From an uncultured Methanoregulaceae archaeon (GTDB lineage Archaea > Halobacteriota > Methanomicrobia > Methanomicrobiales > Methanospirillaceae), in NCBI GenBank assembly GCA_963717525.1, contig OY970343.1, forward strand, positions 2,016,001-2,080,000: a stretch of 64,000 nt of DNA, in the 5' to 3' direction. Shown one piece after another: positions 1 to 10,358 of this stretch; position 1 is the stretch's first letter; the number at the start of each line of letters is the position of its first letter. Under the pieces are notes generated by a model. It was not told where the DNA came from, did not search any database, and was given only the letters and a program-made list of their open reading frames with translations. The translations under genes were made by a program, and so were the position numbers.

Positions 1-2
1 CC

Positions 3-2174
3 TCACCCGAAGTGTTGCAGGGTGGACTGGCCCCGTGCGGGTGCATCCCCGGTTGGGGGCGTCTCCTCCACCGCAGATCTTCTCTTTGGCTGTAGTTGTT
101 CAAGAACCTGATCCGCAATGCCTGCGCCAAGTATCTTTACCAGTTCCTCTTTTTTGTGCCGGGAAATCTCTTCCGGCGACGTAACGCCATTGTTGAAGAG
201 CCGGCGGGCACGGACCCGCCCGATGCCCCGGAGCCGGATCAGCGGGAGCAACTCGCGCCGGATCCCATTTTTCATACAGATCTCGTAGTCAGCGATCTGC
301 GGGTAAAATGCCGGGGCAAACATCCGGGCCAGCTGGGAGGTTGCGTGGAGCAGCCAGTTGATATTTTCGACCATCCCGAACACATCGCCCGGCCCAACCG
401 CATACCGTTCGCAGATCTTCTCTTCAGCAAGCTCGTCAGTCCAGTCAGCGAGGAGCATCGCGGTTTTTATTGCCCGGTAAAATCTTTCGGCCTCCTCTTC
501 ATCTGCTGGCAACGGAAGCCAGAGCTCACCGGCTTTTGCGTCCATCATGCGCGAGAGCGCGGGAAGGTCTGCATTTTTTGCATAGAGCGTTGGCATGTCG
601 GGCGTACTGCAGATGAGCTGGAGGAGGCCGATATCCGCATACGCTCTCTGCTCCCGCAGGGTTGCCACGATCAGGGACGCACTCCGTGGATCGATGTACA
701 TCCGCGAGACAAGGGTCCCCAGTTCGGTCGCTCCCAAGTGCTCCCCTATCTCGAGGATCATCTCTGCCGCAATCAGGAATTCGAGGGCAGCGTCCACCGC
801 ACGGTGCATGAGCCGGCCCTGCCTGTGCTCGTGGACGTAATACGAGCGGTTCATGAATTCAGACAGCTCGCTTCTGGTTCGCGCAAAACCCGATGCTACG
901 AGGGAAAGGACGTGTGTGTAGAGTGCGGTCGGCGCGGCCAGTCGCGAGTGGACGTCATCGGCTGCGGCTAGGATATAGCACTCGAACAGTTCCGTTACCT
1001 GTTCGGCCTCCTTTGCGATCAGCACGGCCTCACCGTACGGGTCGAGGCGGGGCCTTCCTGCCCTCCCTGCCATCTGCCGGTATTCGCTGACCGGGATCGG
1101 CTGCATCCCCTCGCCGGCGGAAAACCTGAGGTAATCGCGGATCACGACCCGGCGGGCGGGAAGGTTGAGCCCTGCAGCAAGGGTCGGGGTTGAAGAGATA
1201 CACGAGATCCAGCCTTTGCGGAACGCCTCCTCGACAATGGATCGCTCGTTCCAGGCGAGACCGGCATGGTGGAACGCAGCCCCTTTTGCCACGCACGCAG
1301 CAAGGGTCTTTACCATCTCGGTCGGGGTCCCGGCCAACAGGCGGTCTGCACATGCAGCAAGCGCCGGGTTCTCGCTTTTTATGGCCGTTGCAGCCCGCTT
1401 CGCAAATGCCTCGGCGTTCCTGCGGGAGGAGACGAAGACCAGGCATTGTCCCCCCTCGGCAAGGGTGTCTAGGCAGAGGTTGAGATCATCATAGTTCTTT
1501 GAAACCTGTTTGACGGGCCGTGTCCCCTCTTCGAACTGGATCCGGTTGTTGTAAAAGACACCCTGGCGCAGTTCCACCGGCCGCCACGAGCTGGTGACCA
1601 GCTCCGCATCCAGCCACCCGGCAAGTACCTTGGGGTTGCCGATGGTCGCCGAAAGGCCGATGACCTGCATGGCCGGGTTCCGGTACCGCATCTTCGCGAT
1701 CACCATCTCGAGCGTCGGGCCCCGGTCCGGTGAATCGATCAGGTGCACTTCATCTACGACGAGGAGGGTGATCTCCGGTATCCAGCGTGCGCCGTTCCTG
1801 AGCAGGGAGTCCACTTTCTCGCTTGTGGCAACAATAATGTCGTTCCTGCCAAGGCTGTCGTCCCGCCGGTCGAGGTCACCGGTGGAGATACCGACCTTTA
1901 CGCCCTTCCCGTTGAACTCCCCGAACTTTTCCGATGCAAGGGCCTTGAGCGGGACAATATACAGGCATTTCCCTCCTGCGGCAATATGGCGGTGCATGGC
2001 CATCTCCGCGATCAGCGTCTTCCCGCTCGCCGTCGGGATCGCAACAAGGAGGTTTTTGCCGTCTAAAAGCCCTTTCCCGATGCAGGCGGCCTGCGGCGGG
2101 TAGAGCTCGCGGAAGCCCAGCAAAAGGTACTGCTGCTTGAGGGTATCGGGAATGGCAAGATCCTGTATCTGCAT
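3..2174 (-). CDS. hel308: Ski2-like SF2 DNA helicase Hel308
   Basis: Walker A PTASGKT, DEVH box, motif [15 protein letters not shown]-terminal HhH ([10 protein letters not shown]) and PIP-like tail QSTLQHF. Confidence 0.93.
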   Translation of the reverse strand: MQIQDLAIPDTLKQQYLLLGFRELYPPQAACIGKGLLDGKNLLVAIPTASGKTLIAEMAMHRHIAAGGKCLYIVPLKALASEKFGEFNGKGVKVGISTGDLDRRDDSLGRNDIIVATSEKVDSLLRNGARWIPEITLLVVDEVHLIDSPDRGPTLEMVIAKMRYRNPAMQVIGLSATIGNPKVLAGWLDAELVTSSWRPVELRQGVFYNNRIQFEEGTRPVKQVSKNYDDLNLCLDTLAEGGQCLVFVSSRRNAEAFAKRAATAIKSENPALAACADRLLAGTPTEMVKTLAACVAKGAAFHHAGLAWNERSIVEEAFRKGWISCISSTPTLAAGLNLPARRVVIRDYLRFSAGEGMQPIPVSEYRQMAGRAGRPRLDPYGEAVLIAKEAEQVTELFECYILAAADDVHSRLAAPTALYTHVLSLVASGFARTRSELSEFMNRSYYVHEHRQGRLMHRAVDAALEFLIAAEMILEIGEHLGATELGTLVSRMYIDPRSASLIVATLREQRAYADIGLLQLICSTPDMPTLYAKNADLPALSRMMDAKAGELWLPLPADEEEAERFYRAIKTAMLLADWTDELAEEKICERYAVGPGDVFGMVENINWLLHATSQLARMFAPAFYPQIADYEICMKNGIRRELLPLIRLRGIGRVRARRLFNNGVTSPEEISRHKKEELVKILGAGIADQVLEQLQPKRRSAVEETPPTGDAPARGQSTLQHFG

Positions 2175-2381
2175 GGCACATCCATACGGGATTCGCGTTT
2201 TTTAAATCGCGTGTGATCGTTTATTTTCTGTTGAATTGTTTTTTGCGAATTGTACATGGCAAACGGCATTCCCCGCCCTGATCCGGATGAGTGAGGGATG
2301 CCCGACCGGTTGCCCGGCTCTCTCCCGGAACTGTTTTTGCGGACTGCATAAAAAGAGGTGGTGCGAAAAGGCGGATGTGCC

Positions 2382-2927
2382 TCAGTAGTAGTAACTGATC
2401 ATATCCTGCTTGGCCTCTTTCTTCTTCTTGTCAAGGAATGCAAAGACGTTTTCGTGGGGAACGCCCTCGATGAGCATGTCGATCGCCGCCCGGGCGACCT
2501 TCATCTGCTCGGGGTACCCGATCAGGGCCACGGTATGGCCGAAGACCGAGAGATCCACATCGGTCATGTTCTCAATCTGCTCGCGGGCCCTGCCGTCTTT
2601 TCCGATGATCCGCCCGCGGAGCCGGTCGAGCTGCTTGATATTATCTGCCGTACGGGAGAGATCGATAATATCGAGAAGGAGATCTTCGTCTTCGATCATC
2701 TCGAAGGCGCGCTCAGGAGAAAACCCGGCGTTGATGGCGTTGATGATCTCGACCGCCCGGAGGAGCGGGATTGCGTTTTCCTCTGCCCCCTCCACTTTCA
2801 CCAGCCCCTCCTTGCTGTCGATGGAGATGGTTGTACTGGTCTTTGATTCGAGCTCCTTTTTCGTCGCCCCGCCTTTTCCGATCAGCACGCCCACCCTGCT
2901 TGTTGCAATTTTGAGTTCCTGTATCAT
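2382..2927 (-). CDS. KH-domain rRNA-processing protein (Dim2/Pno1/Krr1 family)
   Basis: Two GxxG KH motifs (LIGKGG, IIGKDG); lies downstream of rio1 as is typical in archaea. Confidence 0.9.
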   Translation of the reverse strand: MIQELKIATSRVGVLIGKGGATKKELESKTSTTISIDSKEGLVKVEGAEENAIPLLRAVEIINAINAGFSPERAFEMIEDEDLLLDIIDLSRTADNIKQLDRLRGRIIGKDGRAREQIENMTDVDLSVFGHTVALIGYPEQMKVARAAIDMLIEGVPHENVFAFLDKKKKEAKQDMISYYY

Positions 2928-3006
2928 AGCTCATTCACCTTTCTGGAATTTCGCGTGATTAGTGTATTGCTTGTTTTAGGGATTTTCACAGATGTCCTCT
3001 TACATC

Positions 3007-3786
3007 TCATGGTGCGGCAACGTTAAGACCAGTCACCGTGTTGAAAATCTCATATTCTGATTTTACTGCGCAGCCTCTTTTTTTAAAGAACCTGTTGATA
3101 TTACGGATGTCCCGCATCAGGAACTGGAGGGCACGCGGGTGATCGCGGGTGACCGACTGGCCCATATCGATGAGATATGGGTGGTCATGGTATAATATAT
3201 TGAACTCGCTTAAGTCACCATGCACCAGTTCTGCCTTATTGTACAACGTATCGATCATCACCATGATACGTTCATAGACTTTGGCAGGATGGTCGATCTC
3301 TGCATTCTTCAGCTGTGGATACGGGCATTCCCCCTCGCCAAGGAAGGACATGACAAGGATGTTCCGGTCCCACACCAGCGGCTCAGGGACGGGAATTCCT
3401 GCCTCCTGTGCCCGTGCAAGATTGGAGAACTCCTTTCTTGTCCAGGCAAAGACAAGCTCCTTTTTGGACTTTTTTACATGAGAGAACCGGCGGTCGCCGG
3501 TGATGTACGAGCTCATAGTGGTGAAATTTGCCGACTGGATCCGGTAGATCTTGATGGCGACTGACGCATCTCCGCGGTCACCCAAAAAGACGTTGGCCTC
3601 TTTTCCGGTGCTGATGGATCCGCCAATCGCGGTGAGCCATTTCTTGTGGACGAGTTTATACAATGCCAGGAGGGTAACCTCATCGAAGACATTCTCGCTG
3701 ACCTTGAGGTTGTCCGCGTCCTTGATACGTATTCCCATTTCCGCGAGACGCTGGTCGAATGCTGCCTCCTGTTTTTCGATGCTCAC
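3007..3786 (-). CDS. rio1: RIO1 serine/threonine kinase
   Basis: STGKEANV, AIKIY, LVHGDLSEFNIL, IDMGQ motifs; probable GTG start at 3786. The ORF track fuses it to tyrS only through a frameshift. Confidence 0.9.
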   Translation of the reverse strand: MSIEKQEAAFDQRLAEMGIRIKDADNLKVSENVFDEVTLLALYKLVHKKWLTAIGGSISTGKEANVFLGDRGDASVAIKIYRIQSANFTTMSSYITGDRRFSHVKKSKKELVFAWTRKEFSNLARAQEAGIPVPEPLVWDRNILVMSFLGEGECPYPQLKNAEIDHPAKVYERIMVMIDTLYNKAELVHGDLSEFNILYHDHPYLIDMGQSVTRDHPRALQFLMRDIRNINRFFKKRGCAVKSEYEIFNTVTGLNVAAP

Positions 3787-3826
3787 GATCCTGCCCCCGT
3801 CTCTTCCTGACAGGTATCTTTTGTGT

Positions 3827-4767
3827 TCAGCGTATATATTCGCGCACCGGGGCAAGGATCCCGACAAGCCCCTCGCCACAGGCTTTCTTGAGGTCGAGCG
3901 GGTGAATTTCTCCTTTGCCATAGGCTGTTTCAAGATCGGTGTACCCGGCAAAGGTGCGGTCCCCCCGAATTTTTCCGGTCGCTTTATGGTGATTTCAGGG
4001 AGGCGCGGGAAGATGTGATACTGGAAGATCTGGAGGACCGGGTTTTCGGCAATTTCCGGCGGGCAGAACGCTTTCTGGCATTTTTTCCGGATATCATCCT
4101 CGCTGTCAGCAACTGAGATATAGTTCCCCTGCGAGGAGGACATCTTCTTGCCGTCAAGGCCGTTTAAGATCGGCGTGTGAATGCAGACCGGAGAGGGATA
4201 TTTAAAATTGGGCAAGTGCTCCCTTGCGAGCATGTGGATCTTCCTCTGGTCGATCCCGCCCACGGCAGCGTCAACGCCGAGCATCGCGATATCGGCCATC
4301 TGCATGATGGGGTAGACCATCTGCGAAACGGTCGGGTGGTCCATCTGCCTCCCCACCTCGTCCATGCTCCGGGTCGCCCGGGCAAGGGTGATCTGCTGGG
4401 AGAGCTGGTGCACGAGCAGCACGTACTCGCGGTTGAGCTGGAGATCCGAACCAAGCACATACTTCACGTTCTTAAGGCCGAGCCCCTCAAAACAGCGGCG
4501 GTTGTACTCGGCGAGTTCCTTTACCTTTTCCATGATCCCTTTCCGGTTGAGGAACGCATGCAGGTCAGCAAGGAGGATGGTGACCTCGAAGCCCGCTTCT
4601 TGGAGATCGACGAGCTTGTTTATCGTAACCAGGTGGCCAAGGTGGATCTCCCCGCTCGGCTCGTACCCTGCATAGACCTTCTTTGTGGGTTTTGCCAGAA
4701 GAGCGCGGAGTTCGTCTTCGGTGACGACTTCGACGGTGTTCCGGGTGACCCGTTCGAATGAATCCAT
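3827..4767 (-). CDS. tyrS: Tyrosine--tRNA ligase (one frameshift at the C6 run 3961-3966)
   Basis: YAGYEPSGEIHLGH (HIGH-like), GGIDQRKIH, KMSSS. Adding one G on the coding strand restores KFGGDRTF...EIHPLDLKK...LAPVREYIR* ending at 3827. Confidence 0.92.
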
Positions 4768-4792
4768 TAAAAAGAATGGGTGATTAAGGGAG

Positions 4793-5824
4793 TTAATGGT
4801 TATTCTGGATGGGAGTAAACCCGAGTGCACTGTTGGTGAGTTTTATGGATGCCGTGGCCTCTTTGGCTAGGCCGGTCATCGCACGGATCGCGTCCACATT
4901 CTCAACAACGACATCAGCTTCCTGGTGAATAGCCTGGAAGAAGCAGAGCTCGTTTTTATTCGCATAGACCGACTCCTCGAAGATGCAGTTCTCGTAGAGA
5001 TCGGCCCGCTGCCGGCCGAGGTCCTGGGCAAATTCCTTGAGTTCAGCGGTACTCTTGATCGCCGCGGTCTTCTTTACGAGGCCCATGCGGGGATGGTTCC
5101 TGATAAGCTCGATCACTCTTTCGCGGTTCACGTCTTTTTTTGTCGTGATCCGGATCGCGTGCATGTGCATCATCGTAGTCGGGACGATCATGGCCATGGT
5201 CGTGATGGAAATATGCGGGAGCACGGTCTGGACATCAGGGCCATGGTGGCTGGGGACGGTCACCGGGTCAAGGACCACCGCATCGATCGGCCCTTTCTTG
5301 ATCTCGCCAGGATCGGATCCCCTGCGGACCATGATCGCATGGACGTGGGCGACACCGAACTCCTTGTCAATCTCGTGGATGATCCGGCAAAGGCCGGTGG
5401 TGTTGCAGGACACGACCCGGACAAACTGCCGGCCGATCGCATCGGCAAAATTGCAGGACGAGTTGAACGAGAACCCAGCCACCTCGTGATCTTCCCCACC
5501 CTGCCAGATCGCCTTTTTTCCGAGTTTTTCATAGAGCGGTTTGTTGGTCGCTCCCACATCCCCGGGGGTTGCATCCACAATCACGTCTGCTGCCTTACAC
5601 ATGTCTTCGACAGAACCGGAGACCGTGAGGCCGGCTTTTTCAAATGCGGCCTTTTTTGAGAGATCAGCAATATAGAGGGGATATCCCCGCTGTTTTGCGA
5701 TAAAGGCCTCGGCGTTCGGGCGGGTCTTGGAGACACCGATCACTTTCATATCCTTCTGGGCTGCAACCGCATCGGCAACGCGTTTCCCGATGGTACCGTA
5801 CCCGTTGATGGCAACCTTGATCAT
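4793..5824 (-). CDS. gap: Glyceraldehyde-3-phosphate dehydrogenase, archaeal type II
   Basis: INGYGTIGKRVA Rossmann motif, catalytic VVSCNTTGL, PSHHGPDV. Confidence 0.95.
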   Translation of the reverse strand: MIKVAINGYGTIGKRVADAVAAQKDMKVIGVSKTRPNAEAFIAKQRGYPLYIADLSKKAAFEKAGLTVSGSVEDMCKAADVIVDATPGDVGATNKPLYEKLGKKAIWQGGEDHEVAGFSFNSSCNFADAIGRQFVRVVSCNTTGLCRIIHEIDKEFGVAHVHAIMVRRGSDPGEIKKGPIDAVVLDPVTVPSHHGPDVQTVLPHISITTMAMIVPTTMMHMHAIRITTKKDVNRERVIELIRNHPRMGLVKKTAAIKSTAELKEFAQDLGRQRADLYENCIFEESVYANKNELCFFQAIHQEADVVVENVDAIRAMTGLAKEATASIKLTNSALGFTPIQNNH

Positions 5825-5917
5825 ATGATGGAACTGTATGAACGAGATGAGATAAAGGTTGCTTGGCAGGGTCGTGAATACAGGCATCTGTCCTTTCACA
5901 GAAAGTGGAGGAAAGTT

Positions 5918-6409
5918 TTACAAAAACAGTGCCTGGTACTTCACGACCTCGGTGCTGTCTTTGGCTGTGGCGTACAGCTCCAGCGGTTCTTTATTGACCT
6001 CCAGGAACCGGATGCCCCAGCTGACACAGCCCAGGATCTGTGTTGCCCGCTCCTGTTCCCCGAGGATAAAGAGCGAGGCTGCTATTGCCTCGACGGAGGT
6101 TAGCTTGCAGGGTTTCCCGAAATTGACCGGGTTTGCGGCCATAAGAAAGGGCAGTGCCCGCCGGATCCTCCACGAGATGACGGCACCGGTATCCAGCACT
6201 TCCCAGGAACAGTCAAGGGCGGTAATGGATTTCACGAATCTGTCTGCCGGCGAGAGTGCCTGCTCGGCAGTCGGGTCCAGCAGAAGGGTGTTCCTTGGGA
6301 TCTGGGAAATTTTTTTAACGATCCGGAGAAAGCCGGCACGCTCAAGCTTTTTTACCGTGCACTTGCGGGGGTCGCAGCTGTTGTCCCGGTAGGCAATGAG
6401 CGGAATCAT
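5918..6409 (-). CDS. tsr3: 16S rRNA aminocarboxypropyltransferase Tsr3 (DUF367)
   Basis: CDPRKCT, LDCSW, RALPFLMAANPVNFG, EAIAA motifs. Confidence 0.92.
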   Translation of the reverse strand: MIPLIAYRDNSCDPRKCTVKKLERAGFLRIVKKISQIPRNTLLLDPTAEQALSPADRFVKSITALDCSWEVLDTGAVISWRIRRALPFLMAANPVNFGKPCKLTSVEAIAASLFILGEQERATQILGCVSWGIRFLEVNKEPLELYATAKDSTEVVKYQALFL

Positions 6410-6440
6410 TGATTATTCTGTGCGTCCACAACTGTATCAA

Positions 6441-7313
6441 ATGTATGTTCTCTGTTCCCCCTGTATTTTGTCCCCGTCGCTCCGGGCCAAAGGTATCACA
6501 CATCCTTCAGATATTGCCGTCTTTGCACGTTCGATCGGACGCTGCCGGAAGTTCGGTATAGACGTTGTGCCGCTCCCCTGCCCGGAGACCCTGTACCTTG
6601 GCCCGGATCGGGAGCCCGGCACGTTTCTTGAGCGGCTGAACAACCCGGAATTTGCCACGCTGCTTGAAGAACTGTGCGGGAAGGTGAACAAAATTATCGA
6701 AGAGCGGGGACCGCCCCTCTGTATCCTTGGCGTAAACTCGTCCCCGACCTGCGGGGTGACAAGCACGTATTACGGGGCGGAAGGCGACACACCGGCCAAA
6801 CGATCCGGCCGGGGGGTTTTCTATGCACAATTCCCGGATATCCCGGCGCAGGACGTCTTCGAGTTTGCGAAATACCGGATCTACCTTGCAGCCCCGCTCT
6901 TCTCGGAATCTGAGCGCACCTACAATACCACTATCGCAGCGCTGCTCAGGTCCCATTTTTACGAGGTGTACCTCCCGCAGGAAGCCGGTGACGATCACGC
7001 AGTGAGAGACAAAAAGGAATATGCGCAGATTTACCGCCGCAACAAAAGGGCGATCAGAGATGCGGACATTATGATTGCCATCATAGATGGGGCAGATGCA
7101 GATTCGGGGACTGCATGGGAAATGGGCTATGCTACCGGGCTCAAAAAGACGGTAATTGCTCTCAGGACAGATTTCAGGACGACCGGAAGCCATGAACGGG
7201 TGAACCTCATGCTCGAGCAGGCTTCAAAGGTGGTGTCAACTAAAGAAGAACTTCTTGTTGCACTGGGTGCCCTTCCCGCCAGTACACCGCGGCTGGGACA
7301 GACATCTGCATAA
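6441..7313 (+). CDS. Fusion of DUF523/TudS-like [4Fe-4S] domain and nucleoside 2-deoxyribosyltransferase/N-glycosidase domain
   Basis: N-terminal SPC...PCPE...GVNSSPTCG Cys pattern; C-terminal IYLAAPLF...DGADADSGTAWEMGYA...NLML. Confidence 0.8.
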   Translation: MYVLCSPCILSPSLRAKGITHPSDIAVFARSIGRCRKFGIDVVPLPCPETLYLGPDREPGTFLERLNNPEFATLLEELCGKVNKIIEERGPPLCILGVNSSPTCGVTSTYYGAEGDTPAKRSGRGVFYAQFPDIPAQDVFEFAKYRIYLAAPLFSESERTYNTTIAALLRSHFYEVYLPQEAGDDHAVRDKKEYAQIYRRNKRAIRDADIMIAIIDGADADSGTAWEMGYATGLKKTVIALRTDFRTTGSHERVNLMLEQASKVVSTKEELLVALGALPASTPRLGQTSA

Positions 7314-7412
7314 ACCCCCGGTTTTCTCGTATTTTTCGCAGAGATCGTGGCCTTTTCTGAAGGAGAGACGGGCAAGTTATATCTGAATCCTGACAAATAG
7401 GTAGTGAGTGAG

Positions 7413-8945
7413 ATGGCAAAGAAAAAAGAGGGGCGGGAAGCAGGAAAAAAACAGGGTTTTACCGGGGAGTGCGATCTTGACGGAGGATATGAGTCTTCCA
7501 TTAAAACCTTCCATGATATTACCCTCAAAAATATACAATCCCTTGTTACTGCAAGCCGGTACATCCAGACCCTCATTGTTCTCACCGTCATCGGTATCTT
7601 CTTGAGGTTCTACAATCTCGGGTTCAACTCCTTGTGGCTGGACGAAGCCAGCACCTACACAATTTCCGTAAAATCCTTCGCGGATATCTGGCAGGTCACT
7701 GCCAGTGGGGAGTTTAACCCGCCGCTCTTTTACTGGATCGAACATGTCATGCTCATGCTCGGGAATAACGAGGTTATCCTGCGCTTCATTCCTGCCCTGC
7801 TGGGTGTCCTCACGATCCCGCTCTTTTACCTGATCGGAAAGGAGTTCCTCGACCGGAACGCGGGCATCATCGCTGCTGCTGCATGTACCGTCTCCCCGTT
7901 CCTGATCTACTACTCTCAGGAAGCCCGGGCATACATGATGATGCTCTTTTTTGTCGCGCTTGCGACGATCTTCTTCCTTAAGGCTATGAAATCCGGGAGC
8001 CTGATTCACTGGATTCTCTTTGGCATCTTCTCGGCGCTGGCCTTCTGGTCGCACTTCTACGCGTTCGTAATGATCGCGGCGCTGGTGCTCTATGCACTCA
8101 TCGAATGGGCTCCACGGATCCGGACCGAACTTGCTAACCTCAAGATGCTGGTGGCAGGTGTTGGTGTCTTTGTGCTCCTGTCGCTCCCCCTGATTATTGT
8201 CACCCTCCAGCTCTTCGTCCTCCGGACATCATCGGCACCCACCTACGGGATACAGGGGCTGGGAATCATCACGGAAACCTTCAGTCAGATATCCGGGATG
8301 AACGATATCGCAATGTACCTGCTGGTTGCACTATTCGTTGTCGGGATCATCCAGGCATTCCGTATCGGGAAAAACAAGGGGATCTTCCTTGTGCTGATCA
8401 CCGTTCTTACCTTTGTTATCAGCTACATTCTCTCGTTCAAGATGCCGATGCTCCCCCGGTACCTTATCTTTTTGAGCATCGTCTTTTTCCTCGGTATCGC
8501 GGTATCTTACCGGGTCTTTTATTCTCTATGGAATACCAAGGCGGTGGTTTACGGGTTTGTTATTGTTCTCTTTGTGATCAGCGCTCCGGTCCTTGCCGGG
8601 TATTACTCGGGGTATTCAAAGGAAGACTGGAGAGGATTTTCCGCCGCCCTCCAGCAGAAGACCGTGCCGGGTGATATAGTTGTCTCTGTCCCCGGGTACA
8701 TATCCCAGCCGCTTGACTATTACTACTCCTCAACACAGGCTCAGACAAAAGAGTTAGGGGCAACAACAGCAGCCGATCTGGAAAATATCTCATCAGAGAG
8801 TGGCAACAGCACCATCTATTATGTCGTCACCGGGGATATCAGTGCGGCCGATCCGAACGGTGATGCTGTTATGTGGCTTAAGAATAATACCCAATTAGTT
8901 GGAACAGATGCCACGCAGTCAATTTATCTTTTTACCAAATCCTGA
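7413..8945 (+). CDS. GT-C fold membrane glycosyltransferase (PMT_2/GT39-like)
   Basis: SLWLDEA, NPPLFY, YSQEARAY, PRY motifs with many TM segments. Confidence 0.85.
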   Translation: MAKKKEGREAGKKQGFTGECDLDGGYESSIKTFHDITLKNIQSLVTASRYIQTLIVLTVIGIFLRFYNLGFNSLWLDEASTYTISVKSFADIWQVTASGEFNPPLFYWIEHVMLMLGNNEVILRFIPALLGVLTIPLFYLIGKEFLDRNAGIIAAAACTVSPFLIYYSQEARAYMMMLFFVALATIFFLKAMKSGSLIHWILFGIFSALAFWSHFYAFVMIAALVLYALIEWAPRIRTELANLKMLVAGVGVFVLLSLPLIIVTLQLFVLRTSSAPTYGIQGLGIITETFSQISGMNDIAMYLLVALFVVGIIQAFRIGKNKGIFLVLITVLTFVISYILSFKMPMLPRYLIFLSIVFFLGIAVSYRVFYSLWNTKAVVYGFVIVLFVISAPVLAGYYSGYSKEDWRGFSAALQQKTVPGDIVVSVPGYISQPLDYYYSSTQAQTKELGATTAADLENISSESGNSTIYYVVTGDISAADPNGDAVMWLKNNTQLVGTDATQSIYLFTKS

Positions 8946-8966
8946 TTTTGACCGGTGTGTGCCCCG

Positions 8967-10085
8967 ATGTATGATCTGACTGTCATCATTCCCACATTTA
9001 AGGAAGAGTCCAACATCGGCACTATTATAGAAAACGTGGATGCGGTTTTTTCCCGTAACGCGATCAACGGTGAAATTCTCATCGTTGACGATAATTCCCC
9101 GGACCGGACCATTGAACTGGTCAGGGAATTACAGAAAACAAAATCGAATCTCAGTCTCGTTGTCAGAAAAGAGGATTACGGGCTCTCCCAGTCCGTCGTC
9201 GAAGGATTCCGCACGGCCCGGTCGGATATCCTCCTCGTCATGGATGCTGATCTCTCCCATCCCCCGGCGCTCATCCCGGTTATACTTGCCGGGATCCGTG
9301 ACGGTAACGACCTTGTCATCGGAAGCAGGTACATTGAGGGTGGCGGGATAAAAAAATGGCCGTTCAAGCGGCGTATCATTTCTATGGGTGCAACGTTACT
9401 TGGCCGGTTGCTTTTTCCTGATATTTCCGATCCAGTGAGTGGGTTTTTTGCTGTCCGAAAAAGTGTTGTAACCGGGGCACAACTCACACCCCGAGGGTAC
9501 AAAATACTTCTGGAAGTGCTGGGTAAGGGCATTTGGGAGAATGAAAAGGAAATACCATTTGAATTCAGTGATCGGGAGATTGGTACAAGTAAACTGAAGA
9601 TCAAGACAATCATTGAGTACGCTCAGCAGGTCGTGGCTATTGCGGGTTATTCATTGTTTCATCACAAGAGTGCCGTATGGAAAGAATGGAAAAATGCTAT
9701 TAAGTTCAGCCTTGTAGGTGTTTCAGGCATCGTGGTAAATGAAGGAATCCTCATCTCTCTCAAGGAATTCGCAGGATTCTCCATTCCATTGGCAAGCGTT
9801 TGTGCCATCGAATTATCTATTGTGAATAATTTTATCTGGAATGATTGGTGGACATTTAAAACAAGCCAAGGACACTCATTATCTAACTGGTGGCACCGAT
9901 TTGTTGTGTTTCAAATTATATCAATTGGCGGTGCATTCGTCAATTTTGCGATTCTTATCACTCTTACCTTAATAGCAGGTATTGATTATCGGATCTCTAA
10001 CATCATTGGAATCATGATAGCATTTGCCTGGAATTTCCTTATAAATAGGAATATAACCTGGAAAAAAGCAAAATCGTTGAAATGA
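8967..10085 (+). CDS. GT2 polyprenol-phosphate glycosyltransferase (DPM1-like) with C-terminal GtrA domain
   Basis: IIPTFKE, VDDNSPD, MDADLSH, GSRY, SDPVSGF; C-terminal KFSLVGVSG...NNFIWNDWWTF GtrA signature. Confidence 0.9.
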   Translation: MYDLTVIIPTFKEESNIGTIIENVDAVFSRNAINGEILIVDDNSPDRTIELVRELQKTKSNLSLVVRKEDYGLSQSVVEGFRTARSDILLVMDADLSHPPALIPVILAGIRDGNDLVIGSRYIEGGGIKKWPFKRRIISMGATLLGRLLFPDISDPVSGFFAVRKSVVTGAQLTPRGYKILLEVLGKGIWENEKEIPFEFSDREIGTSKLKIKTIIEYAQQVVAIAGYSLFHHKSAVWKEWKNAIKFSLVGVSGIVVNEGILISLKEFAGFSIPLASVCAIELSIVNNFIWNDWWTFKTSQGHSLSNWWHRFVVFQIISIGGAFVNFAILITLTLIAGIDYRISNIIGIMIAFAWNFLINRNITWKKAKSLK

Positions 10086-10358
10086 TCATCGGTTAAGTGA
10101 AGATAGAAAGTCATTTATCCACTCATTTTTCACATGACAAAACAGGAAAATGGTTTATTGTATACACCAACGAACTTTCAAAAAATGAGTTCTTAATGTA
10201 ATGTTAGATGAATTTAGGATCTATTCGCGGCAACCGTTTTCTCTCCCAAACCGGGTTATATAAATTCAACAGGAAATAAATCAAGGACGAATTGCACCGA
10301 ATGTTTAATAAACAAATTTCTTTCAATAAATACTGATTTATTTATTGCTGGAACGAGA

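Noticed and set aside
3007..4830. Apparent 607-aa TyrRS-RIO1 kinase fusion in the ORF track
   Set aside because: One missing base in a G6 run (3961-3966) explains it. The canonical TyrRS C-terminus and stop are in the adjacent frame, and tyrS is essential, so this is most likely an assembly error.
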